Assembly: GCA_020341735.1 (NCBI GenBank)
Contig: CP070833.1
Span: forward strand, 2,387,527 to 2,451,526
DNA length: 64,000 nucleotides
Origin: Gammaproteobacteria bacterium
Lineage (GTDB): Bacteria > Pseudomonadota > Gammaproteobacteria > Steroidobacterales > XN24
Direction: 5' to 3'
Shown: piece after piece, positions 19,107 through 28,157 of the stretch
How the letters are laid out: each line of letters opens with the position of its first letter
Position numbering within the stretch: position 1 is the stretch's first letter
The notes under the pieces: model-generated
Databases searched by the model: none
What the model was told of the DNA's origin: nothing
What the model saw: only the letters and a program-made list of their open reading frames with translations
Program-made: the position numbers and the translations under genes

Positions 19107-19745
19107 TCAGGCGACCCGCTGCACTCCGCCACCTGCGAAAAGGGCTTCGAGTTGGCTTATCGCCTCAGCTTCATTGTTACGCGCCGTCCCCGGGTCGATA
19201 CCCTGCCCCTCCGCGTGGATAAATCTGACATCTTCGATACCCAGGAACCCGAAGTAGCCGCGCAGGAATGACTCCTGGAAATCCATCGGCGCCTCGGACG
19301 CGTCGTTGGTATAGAAACCGCCGCGGGCGGTGAGTACGAACACCTGCCGGCCGCCGAGCAGGCCGCGGGGGCCGGACGGACTGTAATCGAATGTCTTGCC
19401 GGCCCGACCCACCATGTCGATCCAGGCCTTGAAACCGGAGGTGACCGTGAAGTTGTACATGGGTGAGCCGATGACGACATGATCCGCGGCGACCAGTTCT
19501 CCGATCAGGTCGTCCGAAAGGGCCAGCAGTCGTCGGTCATCCGCCGTCAGCACCTCTTCCGGCTTGGCGAAGGCCGCGAGCGTGCGCTCGTCCAGATGCG
19601 GCGGCGGCGCGACGCCGAGATCGCGCGGGATCACCCGACCGCCAGGGAAACGGTCACGCCACAGGGACACGAAAGTCTCCACCAACCGGCGGGTGACGGC
19701 CGTTGTCGTCATCGGACTGGTATTGATAGCAAGTAAGGTGCTCAT
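19107..19745 (-). CDS. azoR: FMN-dependent NADH-azoreductase
   Basis: 212 aa. LLAINTSP...LIGELVAADHVVIGSPMYNFTVTSGFKAWIDMVGRAGKTF...FLGIEDVRFIHAEG is typical of AzoR/AcpD. Confidence 0.88.
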   Translation of the reverse strand: MSTLLAINTSPMTTTAVTRRLVETFVSLWRDRFPGGRVIPRDLGVAPPPHLDERTLAAFAKPEEVLTADDRRLLALSDDLIGELVAADHVVIGSPMYNFTVTSGFKAWIDMVGRAGKTFDYSPSGPRGLLGGRQVFVLTARGGFYTNDASEAPMDFQESFLRGYFGFLGIEDVRFIHAEGQGIDPGTARNNEAEAISQLEALFAGGGVQRVA

Positions 19746-19982
19746 GGCTCGCTCCGCATCAGGCGCGCATTATACGGGCACGCGGCGAGCGGGTCCGACG
19801 CACGGGTTGCCCTGACTCGTCGGATGAACCGGATGTCTTGTGCGCCGCGGAAAGGGGGTCATTTCGTCCGCTGAAAAGCCTCGGATTCTGCCTGGGATCA
19901 CCTGCGATCGATCGACAAAGACCTGGCTATCCCCTGGCGCTTGCAGGTGTCAGCGTGAAAGCTTCGGTGACCGTCCCCGGGC

Positions 19983-20453
19983 TCAGAGTGCCTTCAGAAC
20001 GCGGGCCTCCTTGCGGCCGCCGAACAGAACGCGCGCCTGCTCACCGGCGCGAAAATCCACATCGGAAGACTGCACGATCACCAGGGTGTCGCCGCGATCC
20101 ATGTCCAGCGTGATCTCCAGACCTGCCTCGGTCGTCGCGGCCTGCTCAAGCTCGCGCCCCGCGACAGCGCCGGCCACACCTCCGACGGCGCCGGCGAACC
20201 GGGAACCATCACCATCGCCGATGATCCGTCCAAGGCTGTATCCCACTGCCCCTCCGCCTACGGTACCCAGATTCGTGTATTCGCCCTCGATGGTAACGGC
20301 TCGCGTTGCGACCACGGTGCCGTACTGGACCCTGTACGCCTGGCGCGCATCTCGTCGGCTGTAGTCCGCACCGCCCAGTCCCCGCGCACAGCCGCTGATA
20401 GCGATGACCAGCGAAAGGCCGGCGATCAGTTTTACCGTCGAGGTCGTGCCCAT
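19983..20453 (-). CDS. Outer-membrane lipoprotein, SlyB/Pcp-like glycine-zipper family
   Basis: Start at an internal ATG gives MGTTSTVKLIAGLSLVIAISGC (lipobox ISGC). Glycine zippers GTVGGGAVGYSLGRIIG and GAVGGVAGAVAG. Confidence 0.72.
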   Translation of the reverse strand: MGTTSTVKLIAGLSLVIAISGCARGLGGADYSRRDARQAYRVQYGTVVATRAVTIEGEYTNLGTVGGGAVGYSLGRIIGDGDGSRFAGAVGGVAGAVAGRELEQAATTEAGLEITLDMDRGDTLVIVQSSDVDFRAGEQARVLFGGRKEARVLKAL

Positions 20454-20574
20454 GGCGAGTCTCAGATGCGGCGGCTCACTGTACATAGAACGCACCAGCG
20501 TCAATCCCGTTGACACGTGGTCATTCCTGGTCCGCTATCATCTGACCCCATCGCTGTGGTCGTGGGGAGGCGCC

Positions 20575-21945
20575 ATGCAGCAGATCGAAGTGCAACAGGC
20601 CTGGTCATCAAGACTGGTATTCCTGATGGCGGCCGTCGGCGCGGCCGTGGGCCTGGGCAATCTGTGGCGATTCCCTTACACAGCGGGGGTCAGTGGCGGC
20701 GCCGCTTTCGTCATCGTATATCTGGGCGCCGTCGTCCTGGTCGCCGTGCCCATCGTCATGGGAGAGTTGCTCATCGGCCGTCGGGGCCGCAAGAGCCCAC
20801 CGGGAAGTTTCCAGAAACTGGCAGCGGCAGCATCGGCCAGCCCCGCCTGGCGTTGGCTGGGGATTCTGAATGTCGCGGCCGTCTTCATCATCCTGTCTTT
20901 CTACAGCGTCATCGCCGGATGGGCGCTCGCCTATGTCCCTAAGATCGCGACCGGCGTCTTTACCGGGGCCAGCGGAGAACAGGTAAACGCGATTTACGAC
21001 GCCCTGCTCGCGTCTCCGGTCAAGCTCGCCATCTGGCATGGCGGATTCATCCTCCTGACGCTTCTGATCGTCGCCAAAGGTCTTCAGGCCGGCATCGAGC
21101 GGGCGGTCAAGTTCCTCATGCCCGCACTGTTCTTCATGTTGATCGTGCTGGTTATCTACGCGGGTGTTGCGGGTAACCTGCCGAAGGCACTGAACTTCCT
21201 GTTCCAGGCGGATTTTTCCAAGATTAGCGCCGACGTCGTGCTCGATGCCGTGGGTCAGGCATTCTTCTCGGTGAGCGTGGCCATGGCGATCCTGATCACG
21301 TACGGATCCTACCTGGCCAAAGAAGTCTCCATTCCCGGAGCATCGGTCATAATCGCGGGCGCCGATACGCTTGTTGCCCTGCTGGCGGGCTTGGCGATCT
21401 TCCCGCTGGTGTTCGCCAACGGACTCGACCCGGCGGCAGGACCCGGCCTGATCTTCGTTACATTGCCGCTGGCCTTTGGCGGCATGCCGGGGGGAGCCTT
21501 GTTCGGCACCGTCTTCTTCCTGTTGTTCATCGTCTCGGCTCTGACGTCCTCTATCGCCGTCATGGAACCCATCGTGGCATGGGCGGATGAACACAGGGGG
21601 ATGCGTCGATCGATCACGACGCCCATCATCGGCCTGCTTGCCTGGCTCCTCGGCCTGACGACCGTGTTTTCCTTCAACATCTGGAGCGATTTCTACCCGC
21701 TGGCCGGGTTCGAAACCTTCGCCAACACCAACCTGTTCGGCCTGCAGGAATACCTGGCCGTCAACATCATGCTGCCCCTGGGCGGCCTGCTGATCGCCGT
21801 ATTCATCGGCTGGGTCATGCCGCGGAGTGAATCGATGGATGAACTGGGCATGGGAGACTCGGGGCTCTACCGCTTCTGGCGGTTCCTGGTTCGCTATGTC
21901 TGCCCCATCGCCGTCGCCGGGATCCTGCTGTCCAACTGGCTGTAG
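20575..21945 (+). CDS. Sodium-dependent transporter, SNF (neurotransmitter:sodium symporter) family
   Basis: SD GGGGAGG then ATG 20575. Hallmark WSSRLVFLMAAVGAAVGLGNLWRFPY motif. About 12 TM segments. Confidence 0.9.
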   Translation: MQQIEVQQAWSSRLVFLMAAVGAAVGLGNLWRFPYTAGVSGGAAFVIVYLGAVVLVAVPIVMGELLIGRRGRKSPPGSFQKLAAAASASPAWRWLGILNVAAVFIILSFYSVIAGWALAYVPKIATGVFTGASGEQVNAIYDALLASPVKLAIWHGGFILLTLLIVAKGLQAGIERAVKFLMPALFFMLIVLVIYAGVAGNLPKALNFLFQADFSKISADVVLDAVGQAFFSVSVAMAILITYGSYLAKEVSIPGASVIIAGADTLVALLAGLAIFPLVFANGLDPAAGPGLIFVTLPLAFGGMPGGALFGTVFFLLFIVSALTSSIAVMEPIVAWADEHRGMRRSITTPIIGLLAWLLGLTTVFSFNIWSDFYPLAGFETFANTNLFGLQEYLAVNIMLPLGGLLIAVFIGWVMPRSESMDELGMGDSGLYRFWRFLVRYVCPIAVAGILLSNWL

Positions 21946-21987
21946 AGACGTATCCGCGCCAAACCCCGCAGCGCGTTGATCCCGGAT

Positions 21988-22644
21988 TCAGGCGGACGAA
22001 ACGTCCGTTAGTCCGACCGGGCAGGCGACGCCGGTGCCGCCCAGTCCGCAATAACCATTCGGGTTCCTGGCCAGGTACTGCTGGTGGTATTCCTCCGCGT
22101 AGTAGAAGTCCGAGCGTTCCGCGATTTCGGTGGTAATCGCGCCGTAACCGCGGTCGTTCAGGGCGATCTGATACTGCTCGCGTGACTGCTGCGCGACCAC
22201 TAATTGGTCATGAGTCCGAACGTAGACCGCGGATCGATACTGGCTGCCTATATCGTTGCCCTGCCGCATGCCCTGTGTCGGGTCATGCGCCTCCCAGAAG
22301 ACCGTCATCAGATCCCGGAAACCGAGTTCGTCGGGCATATAGACGACGCGGACGACCTCGGTATGTCCTGTGCGCCCTGAGCAAACCTCTTCATATGTGG
22401 GGTTAGGAGTCGTGCCGCCGCTGTACCCAACTGCCGTCACGAAAACGCCCGGGGTCTCCCAGAAGCAACGCTCGGCGCCCCAAAAGCAACCGAGACCGAA
22501 GGTGACGCAGGCCGCCTGGTCCGGATACGGCCCGCCCATCAACCGGCCGCTCACGAAGTGGGCGCCCGGGACCATAATGGGTTCGCTCCTGCCGGGGAGA
22601 GCCTCCCCGGCGGCCGGGATTCGTGTAGATTTCATCCAGCTCAT
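21988..22644 (-). CDS. msrA: Peptide-methionine (S)-S-oxide reductase
   Basis: [13 protein letters not shown] active-site motif, and ...[10 protein letters not shown]...[23 protein letters not shown]...[10 protein letters not shown]. Confidence 0.93.
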   Translation of the reverse strand: MSWMKSTRIPAAGEALPGRSEPIMVPGAHFVSGRLMGGPYPDQAACVTFGLGCFWGAERCFWETPGVFVTAVGYSGGTTPNPTYEEVCSGRTGHTEVVRVVYMPDELGFRDLMTVFWEAHDPTQGMRQGNDIGSQYRSAVYVRTHDQLVVAQQSREQYQIALNDRGYGAITTEIAERSDFYYAEEYHQQYLARNPNGYCGLGGTGVACPVGLTDVSSA

Positions 22645-22797
22645 GTCTACTCCGATCATATTCGCCTGTATCAGTTCGCCTCCGGCCCCGGGCCGGATGT
22701 CCCGACCACAGGCCTGATCATGGATTATTGTCGATTACGGCATCCCGCTCCGCCACCCTGATAGACTGCCCCGGCGAAGTCCCGCAAGAGACATATC

Positions 22798-23157
22798 ATG
22801 ATCCGGTTCATAAGCTGCCTACGACGGAAGCCCGAAATCTCGCATGCAGAATTCCAACGATTCTGGGAATCGGAGGAACTCGAGTCGTTGATCATGCGCA
22901 TGGCCGAAGCTATCGGCGCCGACCATTACTCGAAGAAGCGCACCCTGGTGGTCGATGCGAATGAACGTATACAGAGGATCAGGGGAGGCGCAGATCCTTT
23001 CGACGGCGTCATCGAATACTGGTTCTCGGGGCGTGTCGCAGGACTTGACGAGATTTTCGCCAGCGACGCCAATCGCGATCTGATGGAGCAAATGAACGCT
23101 CTCCAGTCCTGTTTTGCGGACCTGAGCCGCTCCTGCGGGTTTTTCACGGAAGGATAG
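22798..23157 (+). CDS. EthD-domain protein
   Basis: 119 aa. MIRFISCLRRKPEISHAEFQRFW... and a C-terminal pattern typical of the EthD-like dimeric alpha/beta-barrel family. Assigned from memory of the family. Confidence 0.6.
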   Translation: MIRFISCLRRKPEISHAEFQRFWESEELESLIMRMAEAIGADHYSKKRTLVVDANERIQRIRGGADPFDGVIEYWFSGRVAGLDEIFASDANRDLMEQMNALQSCFADLSRSCGFFTEG

Positions 23158-23493
23158 TTAATCACCGCATAGCGAGCTTGATTGCGTGCCCGGGCGCCGT
23201 ACCGGACGACATCTCGTGGCCCGTGACAGGTGAACGACGGCCCTCGGGGAAGAATCCATGCCGCCTCTCGAACCGAACTGACAAATCCTCACGTTGTCCG
23301 CATTCGAGCCCCGTCTGCAGCGGGCAACCAGAGCAATAGCAAGCGTGTTTTCAATGCAAATCGATGGCCGCGGGGTGCCAGGTGGCGATGGAGGCCTCCG
23401 TATGTATCCCGTGACAGCTCGGACCCGCCTGGCATCACTTTCCGGCCCCTGCAGCGAAGCGGGGGTTGCGATCACATCAGGAAACTCCGCACC

Positions 23494-24822
23494 TTGACGG
23501 ACACACGGAAACGCCAAAAGTCACGCGTGCCGACGACCAGGGTCGGCCGGATGTTGCGGCTTGGCCTGACGGCCGGCGAACTCGCGGCGGGAGGCGTCGT
23601 TGAGGGTCTGCGACGATTGGCCTCGTCCGATCAACAGGAGACGGTCAGTGCGCTCCTTACCGGCGCCAACGCCAAGCGGCTGGCCAAGCGCCTCTCGCAC
23701 ATGCGGGGTGCGGCGATGAAACTGGGACAGCTGCTGTCACTGGAGAGTGAGCATGTGTTGCCCAGGGAGTTCGCACAGGCGCTGGCCATCCTCGGAGACT
23801 CCGCGGACACCATGCCGGTCGCCCAGCTGAATCGCCTCCTGGGACGGGAGTACGGCAAAGGCTGGCATGCAAGGTTCGAGACCTTCGAGTACGAGCCGGT
23901 GGCGGCAGCCTCCATCGGACAGGTCCATCATGCACGTTCCCTCGATGGCAGGGAGCTGGCGTTGAAAATCCAGTATCCGGGGGTGGCCAGGAGCATCGAC
24001 AGCGACGTCAACAACATGGCCACGTTATTGCGCCTGTCGCGGATCCTCCCGGTGGAGATGGATATCTCCGGCATCGTCGCCGAAGCCAAGCGCCAACTCC
24101 GGCAGGAAGCTGACTACCTCCAGGAGGCTGACTACCTGGAGAGATATCGTCGACTTGTCGCGGATGAACCGCGCTTCAGGGTTCCGCAGGTGCATCGCGA
24201 CCTGACGACCCGCCGCATACTCGCAATGGACTATGTCCATGGCCAGCCGCTGACCTCCCTCGCAGGCCCCGACATTCCGCAGCGTCGTCGGGACCGGGTG
24301 GGTGCCTCCCTGTATCACCTGTTATTCAGGGAGCTGTTCGAATTCCGGGTGATGCAGACGGATCCGAATTTTGCCAATTACCTGGTGGACGAAGAGACCG
24401 CCGACATCGATCTGCTCGACTTCGGATCCACCGTGGACTTCAGCGAATCATTCGCTGATCGTTATCGGCGAATCTGCAGGGCGATGCTGGCGGATGACAT
24501 GGATTCGGTGCAAGCAGTCGCGCAGGAGATAGGCTACCTCCAGCAGGACGACCCGCCCGACCATGTCGCCCGGATAATCGAATTGCTGTTGATGATCTGC
24601 GAGCCTCTTCGACACCGGGGCGATTATGACTTCGGCGGTTCCGACCTGACTGCTCGTGCCCGCGATGCCGGCATGGATCTCGTCTTCCGCAGCGGACATT
24701 TCCGGGCGCCCCCTCCCGAGACGATCTTCCTGCACCGCAAGCTAATTGGCTCGTTCCTGCTGTGCGCACGTATCCGTGCCCGCGCAGACGTCCGCAGCCT
24801 CGTCGTGCCGTTCCTCGCCTGA
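23494..24822 (+). CDS. ABC1/UbiB-family atypical kinase
   Basis: Motifs GAAMKLGQLLS, AAASIGQVHHA, LALKIQYPGV, EADYLQEA, HGQPL, MQTDPNFANY, IDLLDFGS. The conserved N-terminal SRVPTTRVGRMLRLG segment lies upstream of the first ATG, so I propose the in-frame TTG at 23494. The start is uncertain. Confidence 0.82.
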   Translation: MTDTRKRQKSRVPTTRVGRMLRLGLTAGELAAGGVVEGLRRLASSDQQETVSALLTGANAKRLAKRLSHMRGAAMKLGQLLSLESEHVLPREFAQALAILGDSADTMPVAQLNRLLGREYGKGWHARFETFEYEPVAAASIGQVHHARSLDGRELALKIQYPGVARSIDSDVNNMATLLRLSRILPVEMDISGIVAEAKRQLRQEADYLQEADYLERYRRLVADEPRFRVPQVHRDLTTRRILAMDYVHGQPLTSLAGPDIPQRRRDRVGASLYHLLFRELFEFRVMQTDPNFANYLVDEETADIDLLDFGSTVDFSESFADRYRRICRAMLADDMDSVQAVAQEIGYLQQDDPPDHVARIIELLLMICEPLRHRGDYDFGGSDLTARARDAGMDLVFRSGHFRAPPPETIFLHRKLIGSFLLCARIRARADVRSLVVPFLA

Positions 24823-24930
24823 CGCCCAGGTCTGACTGGCGGTTACTTTTCTTCCCGCTGCGGTCGGACAGGCGCAACATGGGAGTCCTTTGCCGGCGGC
24901 GGCGTCTCGCGCGGTTGAGGGCGCACCCCC

Positions 24931-25329
24931 TCAGGGCCGGGCATCCAGCGTGACCCGGACCCTGATCCTGTCTCCGGGATCGAAGTCGAGTACACGCGTG
25001 TACTGCACGCCACCATAGCTGTAGTGCACTCGGTAACCGGTGATACGGGTCCGAGACTCGGCGATGCACTGACTACGTTCTGCCTTCTCCATCGCTTGCC
25101 CGATCGCGGCCGCCAGACCGGCGACATCAGACCCGCGCGATGGGACGGTCACTGGTGCACGTTGTTGACCGCAGAGCGGTCGAGTCTTGTCCGCTCTTTG
25201 GTAGGCATCGTCCTTCAGTAATTCCACGGCGGACACCGGCGCGTAATCGTAGAACACCTCCTCGGCCTGAGCCGCGGCACACAGAGCCAGGCCCAGTATC
25301 ACCAGGATACCGCTCGAGACGCTGTTCAT
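24931..25329 (-). CDS. Small secreted protein sharing the C-terminal motif of the YcfJ-like protein (last gene of the envelope operon)
   Basis: Signal peptide MNSVSSGILVILGLALCAAAQA. The C-terminal GYRVHYSYGGVQYTRVLDFDPGDRIRVRV parallels GYRVTYRYAGREYTTRTHEHPGKRIRVRV of the 31127-31684 product. 4-nt overlap with the upstream gene. Confidence 0.65.
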   Translation of the reverse strand: MNSVSSGILVILGLALCAAAQAEEVFYDYAPVSAVELLKDDAYQRADKTRPLCGQQRAPVTVPSRGSDVAGLAAAIGQAMEKAERSQCIAESRTRITGYRVHYSYGGVQYTRVLDFDPGDRIRVRVTLDARP

Positions 25330-26123
25330 CGTCTCCTCCCCGCCAGCGGAAATCCGGCCATCGTCAGGTGCCTGACGCCGGAGTCATACTCCTCTCGGCT
25401 ATCGAAAAGCATCACCACCCGGAAGCGGCCGACATCCTGCCGGAACCAGTCCAGCCTCAGTTCGGGCACACGCTCCTCCAGTACCGCAACGAATGACTCG
25501 GCGCGATAGGGCGCCCTGAACACCGCAACTTCCATCTGTCCATCCGTAACCGGCACGCCCGCCGGCTGCCCAGTCCGCCCGTCGCCCAGCACGTAACGCA
25601 GGTGACGATAGATATAGGCGCTGTACCACCTGGCCCCTTCCGGAATCGGATCACCGTCCGTCCCGATCCGGCCAGGTCCGTAGTTGTAGGCGGCCAGCGC
25701 TCGGTGCAGGTCGCCGTCGTATCGCTGAAGTAACTCTTTGAGGTAACGCGCGCCTGCCTCGACGTTCCTGCACGGTTCGTGCAGTTCTCGTACCCGGCTG
25801 AAGCCGAGGTGCCGACCCGTTCCCGGCCAGAGTATCTGCATCAGCCCGCGGGCATTCGCGGATGACACGGCATCCGGGTTGAAATTGCTTTCCCCCCTGG
25901 CGATGGCGGCAAGCAGGCTTATCGGCAAGTCGTGAGCGGCCGCCGCCCGGCGGAAGCACCGCTCGAAGGGCAGAGATACGGCAGGCTCCAGCTGTGTTTC
26001 AGTGGCGAGAAAGTCCTTCCAGGCCAATCCGGGCCCGCCCGGTCCGATCGCCCGGCCCCAGGCGGTCGATACAGCGACGGAGAGCAGCATGCATCCGAGG
26101 GCCTGAAGGAGCGCGACTTTCAC
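25326..26123 (-). CDS. Lytic transglycosylase (SLT domain) with a C-terminal SPOR-like domain
   Basis: Signal peptide. SLT motifs AIARGESNFNP, ARGLMQI, AAYNYGPG. C-terminal MEVAVFRAPYRAESFVAVLE...GRFRVVMLFDSREE resembles a SPOR repeat. GTG start overlaps the previous stop by 4 nt. Confidence 0.85.
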   Translation of the reverse strand: MKVALLQALGCMLLSVAVSTAWGRAIGPGGPGLAWKDFLATETQLEPAVSLPFERCFRRAAAAHDLPISLLAAIARGESNFNPDAVSSANARGLMQILWPGTGRHLGFSRVRELHEPCRNVEAGARYLKELLQRYDGDLHRALAAYNYGPGRIGTDGDPIPEGARWYSAYIYRHLRYVLGDGRTGQPAGVPVTDGQMEVAVFRAPYRAESFVAVLEERVPELRLDWFRQDVGRFRVVMLFDSREEYDSGVRHLTMAGFPLAGRRR

Positions 26124-26722
26124 AGGTCCCCTCCCTTCAGGCGCAGGCCGCTGATCGACTCTATCTCCTCGATTCGCTTTGCCCGGTCCTCATCCGCGGT
26201 CACCCGGAAAGATATGAGGTACCTCCCGGGCCCGGCCTTGTTCACCCTGAACTCCCTGCCCGTCGACGCTTGCAGGTGGCGCGCAAAGCCGTCGGCCGAG
26301 GCCTGGCTGCGGAAGGCGACGAAAAAAGTTTCCCATTCGGAATCCTTGGCGACCAATTCTGTTTCGTCACCGCGCGATCCCCCCGCGGCGGATGCTGCCC
26401 CGGGTGCCTCGAGTTCTCCTGCCTTCCCCGATGGCCCGGTCGATGTGGTGATGCTGCTCGACTCGCCGATGGACACCCCGCTCGGTGACTCTGCTTCCAG
26501 CCCGGGCCGGATCGAATCCTCGCCTGGCGACATGCCAGACTCAAGGGGGTGAGAGTCAAAGGCCCCTCCCGCCGGCTCGGGCAAAGCCTGTGGCGCAGGT
26601 GGAGCGGAGTCGATCACCACCCGATCCACTTTTGGCGCGGCCCCGATCGATGGGGCCCCGGCCATCAGATATGCAACCAGGCCGGTGAGTGCAGATCCTG
26701 TCAGAAAACCTAGAAAGCGCAT
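26120..26722 (-). CDS. Membrane-anchored protein with a low-complexity linker and C-terminal SPOR-like domain
   Basis: SD GGGAGGAAG then ATG 26722. N-terminal TM MRFLGFLTGSALTGLVAYLMAG. Pro/Ser/Gly-rich linker. C-terminal WETFFVAFRSQASADGFARHLQ...GRYLISFRVTADEDRAKRI (SPOR-like beta-alpha-beta-beta pattern). Confidence 0.7.
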   Translation of the reverse strand: MRFLGFLTGSALTGLVAYLMAGAPSIGAAPKVDRVVIDSAPPAPQALPEPAGGAFDSHPLESGMSPGEDSIRPGLEAESPSGVSIGESSSITTSTGPSGKAGELEAPGAASAAGGSRGDETELVAKDSEWETFFVAFRSQASADGFARHLQASTGREFRVNKAGPGRYLISFRVTADEDRAKRIEEIESISGLRLKGGDL

Positions 26723-26744
26723 TTTCTCTTCCTCCCAATCCGCA

Positions 26745-28157
26745 TCAGGGCTTGCCGGCCATACGGATGTCTGCCGGCGATGGGGTCGCCAGACCGCGCC
26801 ACACGATCTGGTTCGGGAAACTCTCCAGGCGGCGTTCGAGCGTTCGGAGTCGCGCCCGTGCCGGCGCGCCGCGCAGCCGCATGGGGTCGCAGCTCGCAGG
26901 AACTGCGGCGACTTCCGATGCAAGCGCATCGCCGGCTCGCTCCGTCTGCGCTCCGATAGCGAAAATCATGATCCGCTCGTCCGCTGCGGATGGCGGCAGG
27001 GTCAGACGGACCAGTTCGCCGTCCGCCGTGACCGACCCGGTGCCACAGCGTTCCGAATCCAGCCGTTGCAATCTGCCATCGCCAAGCACCATCAGGACCT
27101 CCAGTCGCTCAAGCTTGCCGGGCCTGACCTGGAGTGCGGGTTGCAGCGGCGATTGGCAAAACTCTTGTCCGCAACGTTGCCTGAGAAGGACGAAGCGGAC
27201 CTCTTCCAGCGCAGGGGGATCGGGCCGCGCCGGGACAGGGGGTCGAGACCGATCTCGCGGTTTGCTGCTGGCATAGGCGGACGCCCTGATGCTCGGCAGT
27301 TCGTCGGCTGGCCTGGTTGGCGCAAGACCGATCCAGACCTGCTCGAGGCCCTCGCCGAGGCGATGCCGCTCGGCAGTCATCACCAGGTCGGCATCAGACT
27401 CGCCGGTCGCGTGACGAATCAACCCCAGCCGACCGAGGTACTGGGACACCATGGTGGCCGCAGGCTGATCCCCGACGTCGGTCTTTTGCATGTTGATCCA
27501 TACGCGGGGCCTGTCCGCGGGATGGGCAAGCAACGCACACGCGACGGTGCGAGCAATTTCGGCCGCCAACAGATCCTCTTGATCAGCCGCGAAGGGAAGC
27601 CCACGCTGACCTCTCAGGTCATCACGGATTCCAGGCGTATCAAACCGCTCGCTGTCCTTGCGCGGGAGCACGCCGCTCCACTGGCGTGAGATGCCACTGA
27701 CCCAGCTTCGCTCTTCCAGGTCGAGAACTCGTACGCGTACGCGCACCTGCTGACCGCGGACCCGTGTCGCATCGAGTGCTATCAGATAACTTTCCTCGGG
27801 TGGCTGGCAGTGCAGATCGGTAGCCGTCGAACCACGCCGAAACTCGGGTGGCATGGGCCGCAACGCGATCTTTACGCCGGATCGGGCACCCAGCGCGCCC
27901 TCCAGATTGGCGGCCAGATCGGTCGATAACAGATCCGGCCTGGGGTGCTCGTCGTCGCCGTCGAATACCGTTACGCGGATGGGCTCGCCTTTGAAGCGCG
28001 GGTGGGTAGCCATGGTTTCGGTCAGCCACGGCGTCAGTTCTTCATCGAACCATCGGTCGAGGTCGGTCACAGCCAGCACAGGATTGGCCAGGAGCGCCAG
28101 GGCCATGACCAGTAGACTGCGGGGGAAAGCCGATATCGACCATGCTCTACCCATCAT
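26745..28157 (-). CDS. Secreted 470-aa hypothetical protein (periplasmic component of the envelope operon)
   Basis: SD GGGAGGTGA then ATGATG. Signal peptide ...LLVMALALLANPVLA/VT. No family recognised. 11-nt overlap with the upstream gene. Confidence 0.7.
   Translation of the reverse strand: MMGRAWSISAFPRSLLVMALALLANPVLAVTDLDRWFDEELTPWLTETMATHPRFKGEPIRVTVFDGDDEHPRPDLLSTDLAANLEGALGARSGVKIALRPMPPEFRRGSTATDLHCQPPEESYLIALDATRVRGQQVRVRVRVLDLEERSWVSGISRQWSGVLPRKDSERFDTPGIRDDLRGQRGLPFAADQEDLLAAEIARTVACALLAHPADRPRVWINMQKTDVGDQPAATMVSQYLGRLGLIRHATGESDADLVMTAERHRLGEGLEQVWIGLAPTRPADELPSIRASAYASSKPRDRSRPPVPARPDPPALEEVRFVLLRQRCGQEFCQSPLQPALQVRPGKLERLEVLMVLGDGRLQRLDSERCGTGSVTADGELVRLTLPPSAADERIMIFAIGAQTERAGDALASEVAAVPASCDPMRLRGAPARARLRTLERRLESFPNQIVWRGLATPSPADIRMAGKP

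Noticed and set aside
24106-24141. Apparent 18-bp tandem duplication encoding EADYLQ-EADYLE inside the ABC1 kinase.
   Set aside because: It coincides with the conserved ABC1 motif (E-x-D-Y/F-x-x-E-A...), so the repeat-like appearance is most likely the native motif rather than a recent duplication.
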